A stretch of 64,000 bases of DNA from Bacteroidota bacterium (GCA_016717725.1 JADKFA010000001.1:200437-264436), one strand, 5' to 3'. Positions 31,561 through 42,165 are shown, counted from the first letter of the stretch. Numbers and translations are program-made. The notes: a model not told the origin generated them from the sequence alone.

Positions 31561-32667
31561 TTATAAACTATACCTCTTCCCTGCTTTCAATTTAATAGCA
31601 TTTTTCAATTCTAACTGAAGTAAGGTATTTGCAAGTTTAGAGAATGGTAATGCTGTTGCTGATGAAATTACATCAATACCACATTCCCCTTTTTCTTTAA
31701 GAACATCAACTACACGAATTTCATCTTCGTTCAATTCAAAAAATAATTGTGTTTGCTTAACTACTTGTTCTTTCTTTTTATCGTCGCTCCATCCCATCAA
31801 CCAAATTAAATCATGCGCACAAGTGATGAGTGCAGCTTTATTATCTCGGATATACTCATTGCATCCTTTACTAAACTCATCGCTTACTCTACCCGGAAAA
31901 GCAAAAACTTCACGATCGTAACCTTGCGCTAAATCAGCAGTGATGAGTGCTCCTCCTTTCGAACTCGCTTCCACCACCACCACTGCATCGCACATTCCAG
32001 CAACAATTCGATTTCGAGAAGGAAAATTCTCACGATCGGGAGGTGTTTGACTCGGATACTCTGTTAAAATCCCACCCTGTGATAACATCTTTCCAGCTAC
32101 CGTACGATGCAACTGCGGATAAATGCGATCCATTCCATGTGCTGTTACGCCGATGGTAGGAATACCAAACTGAAGAGCTGCTTCGTGGGCACAAATATCA
32201 ATTCCATAAGCCAATCCACTTACCATAGTCACTTCTAACCCTTGCAACTCCTCCACCAACTTTTTCGTTACCTCCTCACCGTTAGTGGTGGATGAACGAG
32301 TACCAACGATAGCAACAAATCGACCCAGATTCAAAGTGGCATTCCCTTTATAGTACAAAAGACACGGAGCATCGGCACATTGTTGCAAGCGATTTGGATA
32401 GGCATCGTCAGTATAAAATAAAACTTGAAGTTTATGTTTTTTCACAAAAGCTAATTCCTTTGCAGCCCGATCCATTATAGAAACATTAAATGCATTTTGA
32501 ATTCGCTTTGGTCCGACTCCCGGAATTTTTGATAATAGAGATTTCCGTTCCTTAAACACAGAAACAGCAGAGCCACAATGACTATAAAGTGCTCTGGCAA
32601 TGACAGGTCCTACGTTGGGTAATAAACTTAATGCAATACGATGCAATAACTCTTCTTCTGATTCCAT
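31561..32667 (-). CDS. dprA: DNA-processing protein DprA (Smf).
   Basis: Rossmann-like core with GxxVAIVGTRSST...GLAYGIDICAHEAAL...ASSKGGALITA; 368 aa. Confidence 0.85.
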   Translation of the reverse strand: MESEEELLHRIALSLLPNVGPVIARALYSHCGSAVSVFKERKSLLSKIPGVGPKRIQNAFNVSIMDRAAKELAFVKKHKLQVLFYTDDAYPNRLQQCADAPCLLYYKGNATLNLGRFVAIVGTRSSTTNGEEVTKKLVEELQGLEVTMVSGLAYGIDICAHEAALQFGIPTIGVTAHGMDRIYPQLHRTVAGKMLSQGGILTEYPSQTPPDRENFPSRNRIVAGMCDAVVVVEASSKGGALITADLAQGYDREVFAFPGRVSDEFSKGCNEYIRDNKAALITCAHDLIWLMGWSDDKKKEQVVKQTQLFFELNEDEIRVVDVLKEKGECGIDVISSATALPFSKLANTLLQLELKNAIKLKAGKRYSL

Positions 32668-32818
32668 ATTAAAATCACCGCCGGGATTGGATTAAAATTC
32701 ACCGATTGGGACACTGCAAATATAGATATGTGTACAAAAAAATACTAAATTATTAAACCAATTGATATTAATAAAAAAATGATGATCTTTTGGGCGAATT
32801 ATATTATGAAGTAATCAA

Positions 32819-35098
32819 ATGTCCCGAAACAAAAATTATATCCTTTCACTATTATGCCTCTTATTTTTCACAAATGCGTATGGGCAAGAAGGAATAATCA
32901 AAGGAAAAATACAAGATGCCATCACGAATGAATCACTCCCTTTTGCGAGTGTTGCGCTGAAAAATAGTGCAATAGGAACTATAGCCGATGCAAACGGCTA
33001 TTTTGAATTAAAAGTTCAATCTGGCAAAGCGACTCTTGTGTTTAGCTTTTTAGGATACACCCCCCTCGAAAAACAAGTTTCCATTGAATCCCTTCAAACC
33101 ATTGAACTAACGATTCATCTTAGTAAAAATGAAGTATCAAACACCTGGAAACCCGTTGTTATCACCGCTGGTCGACTTGAACAAAATCTGGAACAAACCG
33201 TAACATCGATGGAAGTTTTGCCATCAAGGTTATTAGAATCGCGCGTCGAAAATTCATTAGAAACGGCCATCGAACAAGTACCAGGCGTTACGGTTATTGA
33301 TGGACAAGCGAATATTCGAGGTGGTTCAGGATTTAGCTATGGTGCTGGCTCCAGAGTGTTGGTGATGGTGGATGACTTACCGATGTTAGCAGGAGATGCA
33401 AATGATGTAAAATGGAATTTCATACCGATTGAACAAATGGAACAAGTAGAAGTGTTGAAAGGAGCTTCTTCAGCATTGTTCGGATCATCTGCATTGAATG
33501 GTGTTATCAACATGCGCACTGCCATGCCCGGAGAAAAGCCGACAACAATTTTAACTTTGTACACTGGAATTTATGATGACCCAAAAGATCCACAAAAAAA
33601 GTGGTGGGGCAGCGAAACACAAATGACCAGTGGAGCCCATTTCGCGCACCGACAAAAATTTAAAAATCTTTCTGTTGTGCTGGGAGCACATGTTTATGAG
33701 GATGAAGGATATCGTCAAGGAGAAACAGAAAAAAGAATTCGTGCAAATACTAACCTACGTTATGCCTTCGAAAAAATTAAAGGACTAACGGTAGGACTAG
33801 CCGCCAATGTTCAACAATCGAAAGGCGGAACTTTTTTAATATGGCAAGACGATACCACGGGGGCATACTTACCCTTAGGAGGAATTGGATTGCCTGGATC
33901 AACATTAAGTGAATATACCTCTGAACGAGTTACAATTGACCCGTATATAATTTATAATCCAGGAAAATGGATTCACAAATTAAGAATGCGCTACTTCTTT
34001 ACAAAAAATGAAAACAATACTCAACAAGGTGCGACATCGAATTTATATTATGCAGAATATTTAGTTCAACGAAGAATTAAAGATAACATTAATATTTCCG
34101 TTGGTGCTTCTGCAAGTGAGACCGAAGTCAAAGGTGATTTATACGATAAACAAAGTGGACAAAATATGGCGATTTATTCGCAAGCGGATGGAAATTTTGG
34201 AAAACTGAATATTAGTGTAGGTGGTAGAATTGAACAAGGAAAAATTTCTGGCAAATCTTTCGATCCTCAATATCTCTTCAGAACTGGTGTGAGTTATCAA
34301 GCTTGGAAAGGTGGATTCATTCGTAGTTCCTACGGACAAGGTTTTCGCTTTCCATCCATTGCCGAAAAATTTATTCGTACACAAGTGGGAAGCATTGTAA
34401 TTTATCCGAATGATTCATTAGAAATAGAAAGAGGATGGTCGGCAGAAGTTGGAATTAAACAAGTCATTCAACTAAAATCGTGGCGCGGATTGGCCGATGT
34501 AAGTTACTTCATTACTGAATTTAAGGATATGATGGAATTCACTTTTGGTCCTTGGGGAAAACCAGGCATTGATCCCTTATTTGGCTTAGGATTTAAATCA
34601 GTGAATATTGGCAATGCACGCATCTCTGGTTTTGAAATAAACTTAGCGGGAGAAGGAAAAATAGGAAGTGTAGGTCAAACTATTTTGGCGGGTTATACTT
34701 GGATTGATCCCATACAAACCGATTTTTTAGCTTCGCGCGATACAGCTAGAAACTCTTCCAAAGAAAATATATTAAAATACAGATTTAGAAATTTGTTCAA
34801 GTTCGATTGTGAAACCAGCTACAAAAAACTTAGTATCGGCATCAGCGGTCGATACTATACTAATATTGAAAATATTGATGCAGCATTTGAAGGAACCATA
34901 CCTGGCGTTAAAACATATCGAGAGCAACAACCCAAAGACAATTGGATTTTTGATGCACGCATCGGTTGGCAAATCATTAAAATTTTACGTTGCAATTTCA
35001 TTGTCAAAAATGTGTTAAACGAAGAATTCATGACACGTCCAGCCGATCTTCAAGCACCAAGAACTTATTCTGTTTCACTCAATATGAAAATAGGGTAA
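32819..35098 (+). CDS. TonB-dependent outer-membrane receptor with an N-terminal carboxypeptidase-regulatory-like domain, plug and beta-barrel.
   Basis: Signal peptide, GIIKGKIQDAITNESLPFASVAL...NGYFEL (CarbopepD_reg-like), plug motifs and a C-terminal aromatic residue pattern; 759 aa. Confidence 0.8.
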   Translation: MSRNKNYILSLLCLLFFTNAYGQEGIIKGKIQDAITNESLPFASVALKNSAIGTIADANGYFELKVQSGKATLVFSFLGYTPLEKQVSIESLQTIELTIHLSKNEVSNTWKPVVITAGRLEQNLEQTVTSMEVLPSRLLESRVENSLETAIEQVPGVTVIDGQANIRGGSGFSYGAGSRVLVMVDDLPMLAGDANDVKWNFIPIEQMEQVEVLKGASSALFGSSALNGVINMRTAMPGEKPTTILTLYTGIYDDPKDPQKKWWGSETQMTSGAHFAHRQKFKNLSVVLGAHVYEDEGYRQGETEKRIRANTNLRYAFEKIKGLTVGLAANVQQSKGGTFLIWQDDTTGAYLPLGGIGLPGSTLSEYTSERVTIDPYIIYNPGKWIHKLRMRYFFTKNENNTQQGATSNLYYAEYLVQRRIKDNINISVGASASETEVKGDLYDKQSGQNMAIYSQADGNFGKLNISVGGRIEQGKISGKSFDPQYLFRTGVSYQAWKGGFIRSSYGQGFRFPSIAEKFIRTQVGSIVIYPNDSLEIERGWSAEVGIKQVIQLKSWRGLADVSYFITEFKDMMEFTFGPWGKPGIDPLFGLGFKSVNIGNARISGFEINLAGEGKIGSVGQTILAGYTWIDPIQTDFLASRDTARNSSKENILKYRFRNLFKFDCETSYKKLSIGISGRYYTNIENIDAAFEGTIPGVKTYREQQPKDNWIFDARIGWQIIKILRCNFIVKNVLNEEFMTRPADLQAPRTYSVSLNMKIG

Positions 35099-35103
35099 TT
35101 ATC

Positions 35104-35433
35104 ATGCGCATAAAAGGAATAAATGTGATTACTGCATGGCTACCCGTTGCTGGAATGGCTTTGTTTCCATTTATACTTTTTAAACGAAAAGATTTTTCAC
35201 TTTCGCCGTCATTGATAAACCATGAACGCATCCATCTGCAACAACAATTAGAATTATTGATTTTTCCATTTTACATTTGGTACCTAACAGAATACCTCTT
35301 TTTCCGAATGACTGGAAAGAAACATCAGCAGGCTTACCGTTCCATCTCCTTCGAGAAAGAAGCTTATCAAAATGAAAATGATATGAATTATTTAAAAACA
35401 AGAAAACGATGGGCCTATCTACGTCCATCCTAA
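35104..35433 (+). CDS. Small membrane protein carrying a lone HExxH motif (HERIH), starting 5 nt after the TonB-dependent receptor stop; function unknown.
   Basis: ATG at 35104 directly follows the receptor stop at 35096-35098. One hydrophobic segment, then SLINHERIHLQQQ. Confidence 0.45.
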   Translation: MRIKGINVITAWLPVAGMALFPFILFKRKDFSLSPSLINHERIHLQQQLELLIFPFYIWYLTEYLFFRMTGKKHQQAYRSISFEKEAYQNENDMNYLKTRKRWAYLRPS

Positions 35434-35500
35434 TTTCCAACTAAATACCTTTACCCTTCGAATAAATCCATTCTACTTACAAAGATCTATCTTTGCCCTT

Positions 35501-36265
35501 ATGAACTCCACCCCCGTTATTACTGTAAAGAACTTAAAAAAGAGTTACGATAAATTCGAAGCGGTCAAAGGAGTAAGTTTTGAAGTGTATGATTGCGAAA
35601 TTTTTGGATTATTAGGACCCAATGGTGCGGGAAAAACAACTACGCTGGAAATCATTGAGACGCTAAGAGAAAAATCGTCCGGTGAAATTACAGTGGCTGG
35701 ACTTAACGTTGATCAGCATCAAAACGAAATCAAAAAAATTATTGGTGTTCAACTTCAAGCAGCGGGATATTATCCCAGTTTAACTTTGACTGAACTCATC
35801 GACTTGTTTGCGGGATTATATAATGCCAATGTTGATCCGATGGAGATGCTAAAGCAAGTAGGATTAGAAGACAAACACAAAGCGAAATTCAAAGAGCTGA
35901 GTGGTGGACAAAAACAGCGATTTAGCATTGCAACAACTTTAATCAATCAACCTAAAATTGTTTTTTTAGATGAGCCCACAACAGGACTCGATCCACAAGC
36001 AAGAAGAAATCTGTGGGACTTAATTCGTAAAATAAGAGACAACGGAACTACGGTTGTCATCACTACGCACTACATGGATGAAGCCGAACAACTCTGTGAT
36101 CGCGTTGCTGTGATGGAAGCCGGAAAAATTATAGCCTTGGATGCACCCGATGCACTCATCGATCAATTGGTATCAACCGGATTTGAAAGGAAGAAGGAAG
36201 TGAAGAAAGCGAATTTGGAAGATGTATTTATTCAGTTGACAGGACATGAGTGGCGCGAAGGGTAG
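35501..36265 (+). CDS. ABC transporter ATP-binding protein (ABC-2 type).
   Basis: Walker A GPNGAGKTTT, signature LSGGQKQR, Walker B FLDEPTTGLD. Confidence 0.9.
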   Translation: MNSTPVITVKNLKKSYDKFEAVKGVSFEVYDCEIFGLLGPNGAGKTTTLEIIETLREKSSGEITVAGLNVDQHQNEIKKIIGVQLQAAGYYPSLTLTELIDLFAGLYNANVDPMEMLKQVGLEDKHKAKFKELSGGQKQRFSIATTLINQPKIVFLDEPTTGLDPQARRNLWDLIRKIRDNGTTVVITTHYMDEAEQLCDRVAVMEAGKIIALDAPDALIDQLVSTGFERKKEVKKANLEDVFIQLTGHEWREG

Positions 36266-36461
36266 CTGCTGGCTGCTGGCTTCTAGCTGCTGGATTTTGT
36301 AATTAGAAGATTAACTGAAGAAGAGCGCTTGCCCTGCTGCCGTACGAAGGACGTAATGAAGATGAGAGCGAAGAGCGGAGAAGCTAGAAGCTAATAGTCA
36401 GAAGCTAGAAGCTAGAAGCTAGAAGCTAGAAGCTAGAAGCTAGAAGCTAAAAGCTAAAAGC
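36263..36461. repeat. Satellite-rich intergenic spacer inside the ABC operon: TAGCTGCTGGCTGCTGGCTTCTAGCTGCTGG (36263-36293) and its inverted partner (AGAAGCT)n (about 9 units, 36376-36461).
   Basis: Read directly; gcttctagc is the reverse complement of the gctagaagc units, so the two ends can pair across about 100 nt. Confidence 0.9.
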
Positions 36462-36521
36462 ACACAATAGCGAGGAGAGTATTTATTATAACAAAAATTA
36501 ATTGCGTAAAAAAAAACTACA

Positions 36522-37622
36522 TTGAAAAATAATTATTCACAATACAGGGCCATGATGGCTATTGCTCGGGCGAGTTTTAGGTCTATCATGCGGAGTCCAT
36601 CGGCGGTAGTTTTTACATTGCTATTTCCATTGATCTTTATTTTGGTTTTTGGATTTATAAATGGCGGAGGCATTCGTTTAGATGTTGCTTTAGCTGGGGA
36701 AAGTGATTTAAAAAACCCAGTATTTGATAGTATTGCGAGTATGCAAGGAATTCATTTAGTTCCTGGATTAACGAAAGCAGAGATTAATCACAATTTACAA
36801 AAAGGCGATATTGATGCTATCATTAACATACAAAAAAGGTTAGCAGACAATACGATTTCGTATAACGTTGAAGTCACTACGAACATGGCTTCGCGTGAGA
36901 AGGGAATAATTATTCGATCCATGTTAGAACATTTAGTGGACAAAGCAAATTTGCGGGCCGCAGCGATGGAAAAACCAATGGTCGTTTTAAGTTCAAAAGA
37001 GATTCAAGTTCGAGAATATAAAACGATTGATTTTATTTTACCCGGACAACTTGGATTTTCGCTTCTTAGTTCTGGTGTTTTCGGAACAGCATTCGTATTT
37101 TTCAATTTACGACAAACCTTAGTCATCAAAAGATTTTTTGCAACGCCGATACGCAAACCTTTTATCGTTATGGGAGAAGCAATAAGCAGACTTGTATTTG
37201 CACTATTAGGAGCTGCCTTTTTGATATTAGTGGGCTATTTCGCTTTTGGATTTACACTTATTCATGGTTTTGCCACCTTCGCTACCATGCTGTTTTTGTC
37301 AGCCCTAGGACTAATTGTCTTTATGGGATTTGGCTTTGTGGTATCCGGAATTGCCAAAAGTGAGAGCACCATTCCTCCCTTAGCCAACATTGTCACCTTG
37401 CCTCAATTTCTTCTTTCAGGAACTTTTTTCGGGATTGAAAATTTTCCGGAATGGCTTCAACCCATCTGTAAAGTATTGCCTCTCACCTATTTAAATAATG
37501 CGATGCGACTCGTTGCCTTTGAAGGAGCTGGATTGAGCGACATTCTAGTTCCCTTGGCTATTATCTCAGCATGGGGTATTTTCATCTATGCATTAGCTGT
37601 TAAGTTTTTCCGTTGGGAATAA
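36522..37622 (+). CDS. ABC-2 family transporter permease (6 TM). An alternative start lies at 36552 (MMAIARA...).
   Basis: Multi-TM protein immediately downstream of the ABC ATPase; ABC-2 length and topology. Confidence 0.75.
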   Translation: MKNNYSQYRAMMAIARASFRSIMRSPSAVVFTLLFPLIFILVFGFINGGGIRLDVALAGESDLKNPVFDSIASMQGIHLVPGLTKAEINHNLQKGDIDAIINIQKRLADNTISYNVEVTTNMASREKGIIIRSMLEHLVDKANLRAAAMEKPMVVLSSKEIQVREYKTIDFILPGQLGFSLLSSGVFGTAFVFFNLRQTLVIKRFFATPIRKPFIVMGEAISRLVFALLGAAFLILVGYFAFGFTLIHGFATFATMLFLSALGLIVFMGFGFVVSGIAKSESTIPPLANIVTLPQFLLSGTFFGIENFPEWLQPICKVLPLTYLNNAMRLVAFEGAGLSDILVPLAIISAWGIFIYALAVKFFRWE

Positions 37623-37740
37623 ATGACGTAATGACATTAACTTTGCACAGGCATTCTAATTGATAGACTGAATGTGTAAAACAAAAAGTAGGAACAATCG
37701 TTTCTACCTATAACAACAAAAATTAAAAACTGAAAAAGCC

Positions 37741-38421
37741 ATGATGGGGATTTATTTGATTTCGATTGCATTTATGATTATTGGTTGGTTGGTGAGTCGC
37801 CAATTGAAAAGCAAATTCGAAAAGTATTCACAAACACCAATTAGTTCGGGGTTAAGTGGACAACAAATTGCCGAGAAAATGTTACGTGATCACAATATTC
37901 ACGATGTAAAAGTAATATCTGTAGAGGGAAGATTAACCGACCACTACAATCCGCTCGATAAAACTGTGAACTTAAGTCACGATGTATATTATGGAAGAAA
38001 CGCTGCTTCAGCAGCCGTTTCTGCTCATGAATGTGGTCATGCCGTACAACATGCGCGTGCATATAGCATGTTACAATTAAGATCTGCATTAGTTCCGATG
38101 GTTAGCTTTGCTTCCAAATGGGTGCATTGGGTGTTACTTGCCGGAATCGTGATGGTAAATACGTTTCCAAGTTTATTATTATTAGGCATCACGCTCTTTG
38201 CTGCAACAACAGCATTTAGTTTTGTGACGCTACCTGTTGAATTTGATGCCAGCAAGAGAGCTTTAGTTTGGTTAGAAAGTTCCAATGTCACTACCTCCCA
38301 AGAGCATGTTCAATCGAAAGATGCATTGTGGTGGGCTGCTATGACCTACGTAGTTGCTGCTTTAGCTGCCTTAGCTACATTGATGTACTATGTGATGATT
38401 TATATGGGTCGTAGAGATTAA
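37741..38421 (+). CDS. YugP-like neutral zinc metallopeptidase (membrane-anchored, HExxH).
   Basis: SAHECGHAVQH motif and overall layout of the Zn_peptidase_2/YugP family; 226 aa. Confidence 0.8.
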   Translation: MMGIYLISIAFMIIGWLVSRQLKSKFEKYSQTPISSGLSGQQIAEKMLRDHNIHDVKVISVEGRLTDHYNPLDKTVNLSHDVYYGRNAASAAVSAHECGHAVQHARAYSMLQLRSALVPMVSFASKWVHWVLLAGIVMVNTFPSLLLLGITLFAATTAFSFVTLPVEFDASKRALVWLESSNVTTSQEHVQSKDALWWAAMTYVVAALAALATLMYYVMIYMGRRD

Positions 38422-38445
38422 TTTCTTCAAACTAAAATTAATATA

Positions 38446-38472
38446 AGCCTCCTAACATAGGGGGCTTTTTTT
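38446..38472 (+). terminator. Terminator hairpin agcctcc-N7-gggggct followed by T7.
   Basis: Inverted repeat plus T run 25 nt after the stop. Confidence 0.6.
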
Positions 38473-38866
38473 ATGCGATCACTTTTATTTAATAACCATG
38501 TTCAAGCATTCGCTAATAGCAAATCCAATTATATTTTAGGTCGATCTGCTTCACGATAGCTATCCATCGGCCGCCAAAGGCTTGCCGACGGCGCTGCGGG
38601 ACTCTTTTTCACCAATACTTTTAAAGAAATTGTTCCGTAAGCAATGGCTATACAACAATTTTTTCAATTTGTTTAAGTAATAAAACACATCGCAGCTTTG
38701 AACTAAAATAGAATTGGAATTGGTATAAAATACTACATCTGCGTTATTGCACCCTCTTCACTAATAGCAGTACTTTGCTATTAATTTATCTTGAGATATT
38801 CAGGAATGACTAAGAGCTTATCTTAAAATTATTAAATCAATCACACAATAAATAACAAAGAAGTGG

Positions 38867-40885
38867 ATGTCAATGAAATTAACAATGAAAAAACTTCTCC
38901 TCTTTATTGTAAAAAAATTAGTTGGATTTAACCTTCTACTTTGGGGGATTACGTACACCTCCAACGCACAATCCTTAAATTTTGAGTGGGTAAATCAAGT
39001 GGCGGGCCTTTCAATCTTAAAATCTACAACGCAAGATGTCGCAGGAAATGTTTATGCTATTGGCCGATTTAATAATACAGTGGACATGGATCCATCTGCT
39101 GGTGTTTTCAATTTAACTTCAATCGGTGGAACTGATGTTTTTATTTCAAAATTCGATGCCTTTGGTAATTTAGTATGGGCAAAGCAATTTGGAAGTAATG
39201 GTAATGATGATGGATATAATATTTCTGTTGATGCAGTTGGAAATATTTTAACAACCGGTTATTTTCAATTCACTTCAGATTTTGATCCAGGTCCTGCTAT
39301 TTATAATTTAGTTTCTGTTGGAAGTACGGATATTTTTGTTTTAAGTTTAGACGCATCGGGTAATTTCATTTGGTCATTTTCCCTTGGTGGAACTGCGTCA
39401 GATTATGGACTTTCAGCAACAGTTGATCATACAGGAGATATAATTGTGACAGGTCAATTTGCAAGTGCTGTTGACTTTGATCCAGGTCCTGCGGTATTCA
39501 CTCTAAATTCGTTGGGCGGAGCTGATGTTTTTATCTTAAAAATAAATTCGACTGGAAATTTTATTTGGGCAAAAAGTATTGGAGGCATATTTTCAGATTT
39601 TGGAAATTCAATAACGGTTGATGGAAGTAATAATATCCTAATAACAGGATACTTTGCTGGAACCGTCGATTTTAATCCGACAATAGGTGTTTTCAATTTA
39701 ACATCTGTTTCATCGACTACCGATATTTTCCAATTAAAATTAGATCTCAATGGCAATTTTCAATGGGCAATAGCTTATGGAAATCCTGGTTTTGATTTTG
39801 GCGCAAGCATTTCTACTGATGGTTTTGCCAATGTATATTCTACTGGTATGTTTACAGGAACGATCGACTTTGATCCTGGACCAGGAGTTTTCAATCTCAC
39901 AGCATCAGGAAGTGGAAATGCATACATAACAAAACTAGATGCTGCTGGGAATTTAATCTGGGCAAAAAGTATTAGTGGCACGAGTACTAGTGCAGGATCC
40001 GCCCTTTGCATTACGGGAAGTAACGACATCTATTGCACTGGAACATTTTTAGGAACTTCCGACTTAGACCCTGGAATAGGTATTTCAACAATGACATCAT
40101 TAGGAAGTTCAGATGTATATATAATCAAACTTGATCAAAACGGTAATTTCGTTTGGGGAAATCAATTTGGAAATTTAAGCAGTGACAATTCACTTTGTAT
40201 TTTTGCAACTACTTTTGGAAATTTACTTTTAACAGGCTCCTTTGGAGGTACTGTTGATTTCAATCCAGGAGTTGGTGTTTATAATTTGACAGCCGTGGCG
40301 GTTCAAAGTGGATACATCGTAAAATTCAATCAATCTTCTCCATTACCAATAGAATTACTTTCTTTTGATGGAATGCAATCGCAAGAAAAAATTGAACTAA
40401 AATGGACAACTCAATCTGAAAAAAACAACGAGTATTTTACTATTGAAAAAAAGTCCCAGTTAAATGAATGGATAACTATTAATAAAGTTAACGGTGCGGG
40501 TACATCACATACTCAAAAAAATTATCAATCATTTGATGAACGTCCAATAGTTGGAATTCAATATTATCGATTAAAACAAGTTGACTATAATGGTACATAT
40601 AGTTACTCGAAAATAATTGCAGTTGACTTCAAAAGTAAATCAGCATTAACATTATCAATCTTCCCAAATCCTGCGATAGAAACCATAGTAATAAAATTAG
40701 AGCCTTTCTTCTCACAAGAAAATTACACATTAAGAATTCTTGATGCCTGCGGAAGAGTCATAATAAACAACAGCATTATAACTCCTATCATTGACATTGA
40801 TATTGCACTATTGGAACCAGGTGGATATTTGGCTGAAGTTGTTTCGGGTAATCAAATTCATCGACAAAAATTCATTAAAAAATAA
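38867..40885 (+). CDS. Secreted SBBP (beta-propeller) repeat protein with a T9SS C-terminal sorting domain.
   Basis: About 10 repeats of GxxxDxGxx(I/V)xxDxxGNxYxTGxFxGTVDFDPG, a signal peptide and a C-terminal domain (LSIFPNPAIETIVIKLEP...GGYLAEVVSGNQIHRQKFIKK). Confidence 0.75.
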   Translation: MSMKLTMKKLLLFIVKKLVGFNLLLWGITYTSNAQSLNFEWVNQVAGLSILKSTTQDVAGNVYAIGRFNNTVDMDPSAGVFNLTSIGGTDVFISKFDAFGNLVWAKQFGSNGNDDGYNISVDAVGNILTTGYFQFTSDFDPGPAIYNLVSVGSTDIFVLSLDASGNFIWSFSLGGTASDYGLSATVDHTGDIIVTGQFASAVDFDPGPAVFTLNSLGGADVFILKINSTGNFIWAKSIGGIFSDFGNSITVDGSNNILITGYFAGTVDFNPTIGVFNLTSVSSTTDIFQLKLDLNGNFQWAIAYGNPGFDFGASISTDGFANVYSTGMFTGTIDFDPGPGVFNLTASGSGNAYITKLDAAGNLIWAKSISGTSTSAGSALCITGSNDIYCTGTFLGTSDLDPGIGISTMTSLGSSDVYIIKLDQNGNFVWGNQFGNLSSDNSLCIFATTFGNLLLTGSFGGTVDFNPGVGVYNLTAVAVQSGYIVKFNQSSPLPIELLSFDGMQSQEKIELKWTTQSEKNNEYFTIEKKSQLNEWITINKVNGAGTSHTQKNYQSFDERPIVGIQYYRLKQVDYNGTYSYSKIIAVDFKSKSALTLSIFPNPAIETIVIKLEPFFSQENYTLRILDACGRVIINNSIITPIIDIDIALLEPGGYLAEVVSGNQIHRQKFIKK

Positions 40886-41099
40886 ACTTTTCGATCTTTT
40901 GATTCTTTTACTTAGAGAATTGCTCTAATTTAAAATTCAGAAACCTACCTACTTAAACAGACTTATAGGCTATCTCTTTTAGTCAAAATTTGACATCAAG
41001 AACTTAGTAAATACTCACTTTTTCTATAAACAAAGAATAATTCACTAATTAATGATATAAATCAAAAGGCCTAAAAGCCATATTTACTATTTTCGCTCC

Positions 41100-42053
41100 A
41101 TGAGTCTACCACAACCGATCATTGACCGAATAAAACTTCTCGAAGAGAAATATACTGCCATGGGGCAGGATCTTCTCAGCTACCTTGATGGATTATTGTA
41201 TGCTGATGTATGTACCTATTGGGACTATATTCATATTGATACTTTACTTAGTCTTCAGCAACCTCGAACAAAATTTCCTGATGAAGAAGTGTTCATCATG
41301 TATCATCAAGTGACGGAGTTGTATTTTAAATTAGCGCTTCATGAGTTACAGCAAATCGTTGACAGAGGTCCGGATGCTACATTTATGGCTGCACGACTTC
41401 AACGTGTGAATCGTTATTTTGCAGTCCTCACCAGCTCGTTCGATATTATGGGTGACGGAATGGAGCGTGAGCAATTCCAAAAATTCAGAATGAGTTTATT
41501 GCCGGCTAGTGGTTTTCAAAGTGCACAATATCGTACGATAGAAATTTACGCCACCGACTTTATCCGATTAGTTGATAAAGATGTTCGTGCATCCTTTGAA
41601 GGAAAGAATTCCTCACTAGAAGAATTGTTTGAACATATTTACTGGAAAGCAGGTGCTACTGAATTATCGACTGGTAAAAAAACACTTACGCTTAGACAGT
41701 TTGAAGAAAAATATTCGAAACAACTGATTGAAACGGCTCAACGTTTACAAACCACAAACATGTGGGCTATTTTTAAATCGCTACCACAAGCTGATCAGGA
41801 TCGTGATGATTTACGAATTGCCATGAAACAATTAGATGTGAATGTAAATATTAATTGGCCGTTGGTACACTATAAATCAGCTGCTAAATACTTACAAGCA
41901 GATCCAGCTGACATTGCCGCTACAGGTGGTACTAATTGGCAAAAATACCTACCTCCCCGTTTTCAAAAAAGAATTTTTTATCCTGAGCTATGGAGCCAAG
42001 ATGAAATGGACAATTGGGGCAAAGGTTGGGTGGACGAAGTGTTCGCGAAATAA
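41100..42053 (+). CDS. kynA: Tryptophan 2,3-dioxygenase.
   Basis: YWDYIHIDTLLSLQQP and the helical TDO core; 317 aa. Confidence 0.7.
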   Translation: MSLPQPIIDRIKLLEEKYTAMGQDLLSYLDGLLYADVCTYWDYIHIDTLLSLQQPRTKFPDEEVFIMYHQVTELYFKLALHELQQIVDRGPDATFMAARLQRVNRYFAVLTSSFDIMGDGMEREQFQKFRMSLLPASGFQSAQYRTIEIYATDFIRLVDKDVRASFEGKNSSLEELFEHIYWKAGATELSTGKKTLTLRQFEEKYSKQLIETAQRLQTTNMWAIFKSLPQADQDRDDLRIAMKQLDVNVNINWPLVHYKSAAKYLQADPADIAATGGTNWQKYLPPRFQKRIFYPELWSQDEMDNWGKGWVDEVFAK

Positions 42054-42059
42054 ATTGCC

Positions 42060-42165
42060 GCGCCCAGAAGTCTGTCCAGAACCCAGAAGTTGAAGCATAG
42101 CGAAATACTTCTGGGAAGGACTGTACTTCTGGGGTGGATTGGTGTCGCGAGGCTTCGCGATGGTA
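42060..42165. repeat. REP-like palindrome cluster (CCCAGAAGT x2 ... ACTTCTGGG x2) followed by the GTCGCGAGGCTTCGCGAT hairpin. The latter is the left arm of an inverted repeat whose right arm lies at 43088-43109.
   Basis: Direct reading; a 15/15 inverted match gtcgcgaggcttcgc at 42144 and 43090 (reverse complement). Confidence 0.8.

Noticed and set aside
34990-35103. Longer version of the post-TonB-receptor ORF starting at 34990 (MQFHCQKCV...).
   Set aside because: Its first 38 codons overlap the 3' end of the TonB-dependent receptor in another frame. The ATG at 35104, immediately after the receptor stop, is the more plausible start.
36376-36461. Possible CRISPR array suggested by regularly spaced short repeats.
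   Set aside because: The units are contiguous 7-mers with no spacers. The other arrays (8101, 53560, 58190) are the same, and there are no cas genes.
22108-42137. Possible 20-kb integrative element delimited by a TACTTCTGGGGTGG direct repeat beside the tRNA-Met 3' end (22108) and at 42122.
   Set aside because: Only about 5 nt of the shared 15-mer lie inside the tRNA, so it is not a tRNA 3'-end duplication. The second copy lies on the 5' side of the minus-strand tRNA rather than 3' of it. No integrase, excisionase or other mobile-element genes occur in the interval, which is full of housekeeping genes. The sequence belongs to the CCCAGAAGT/ACTTCTGGG palindrome family.
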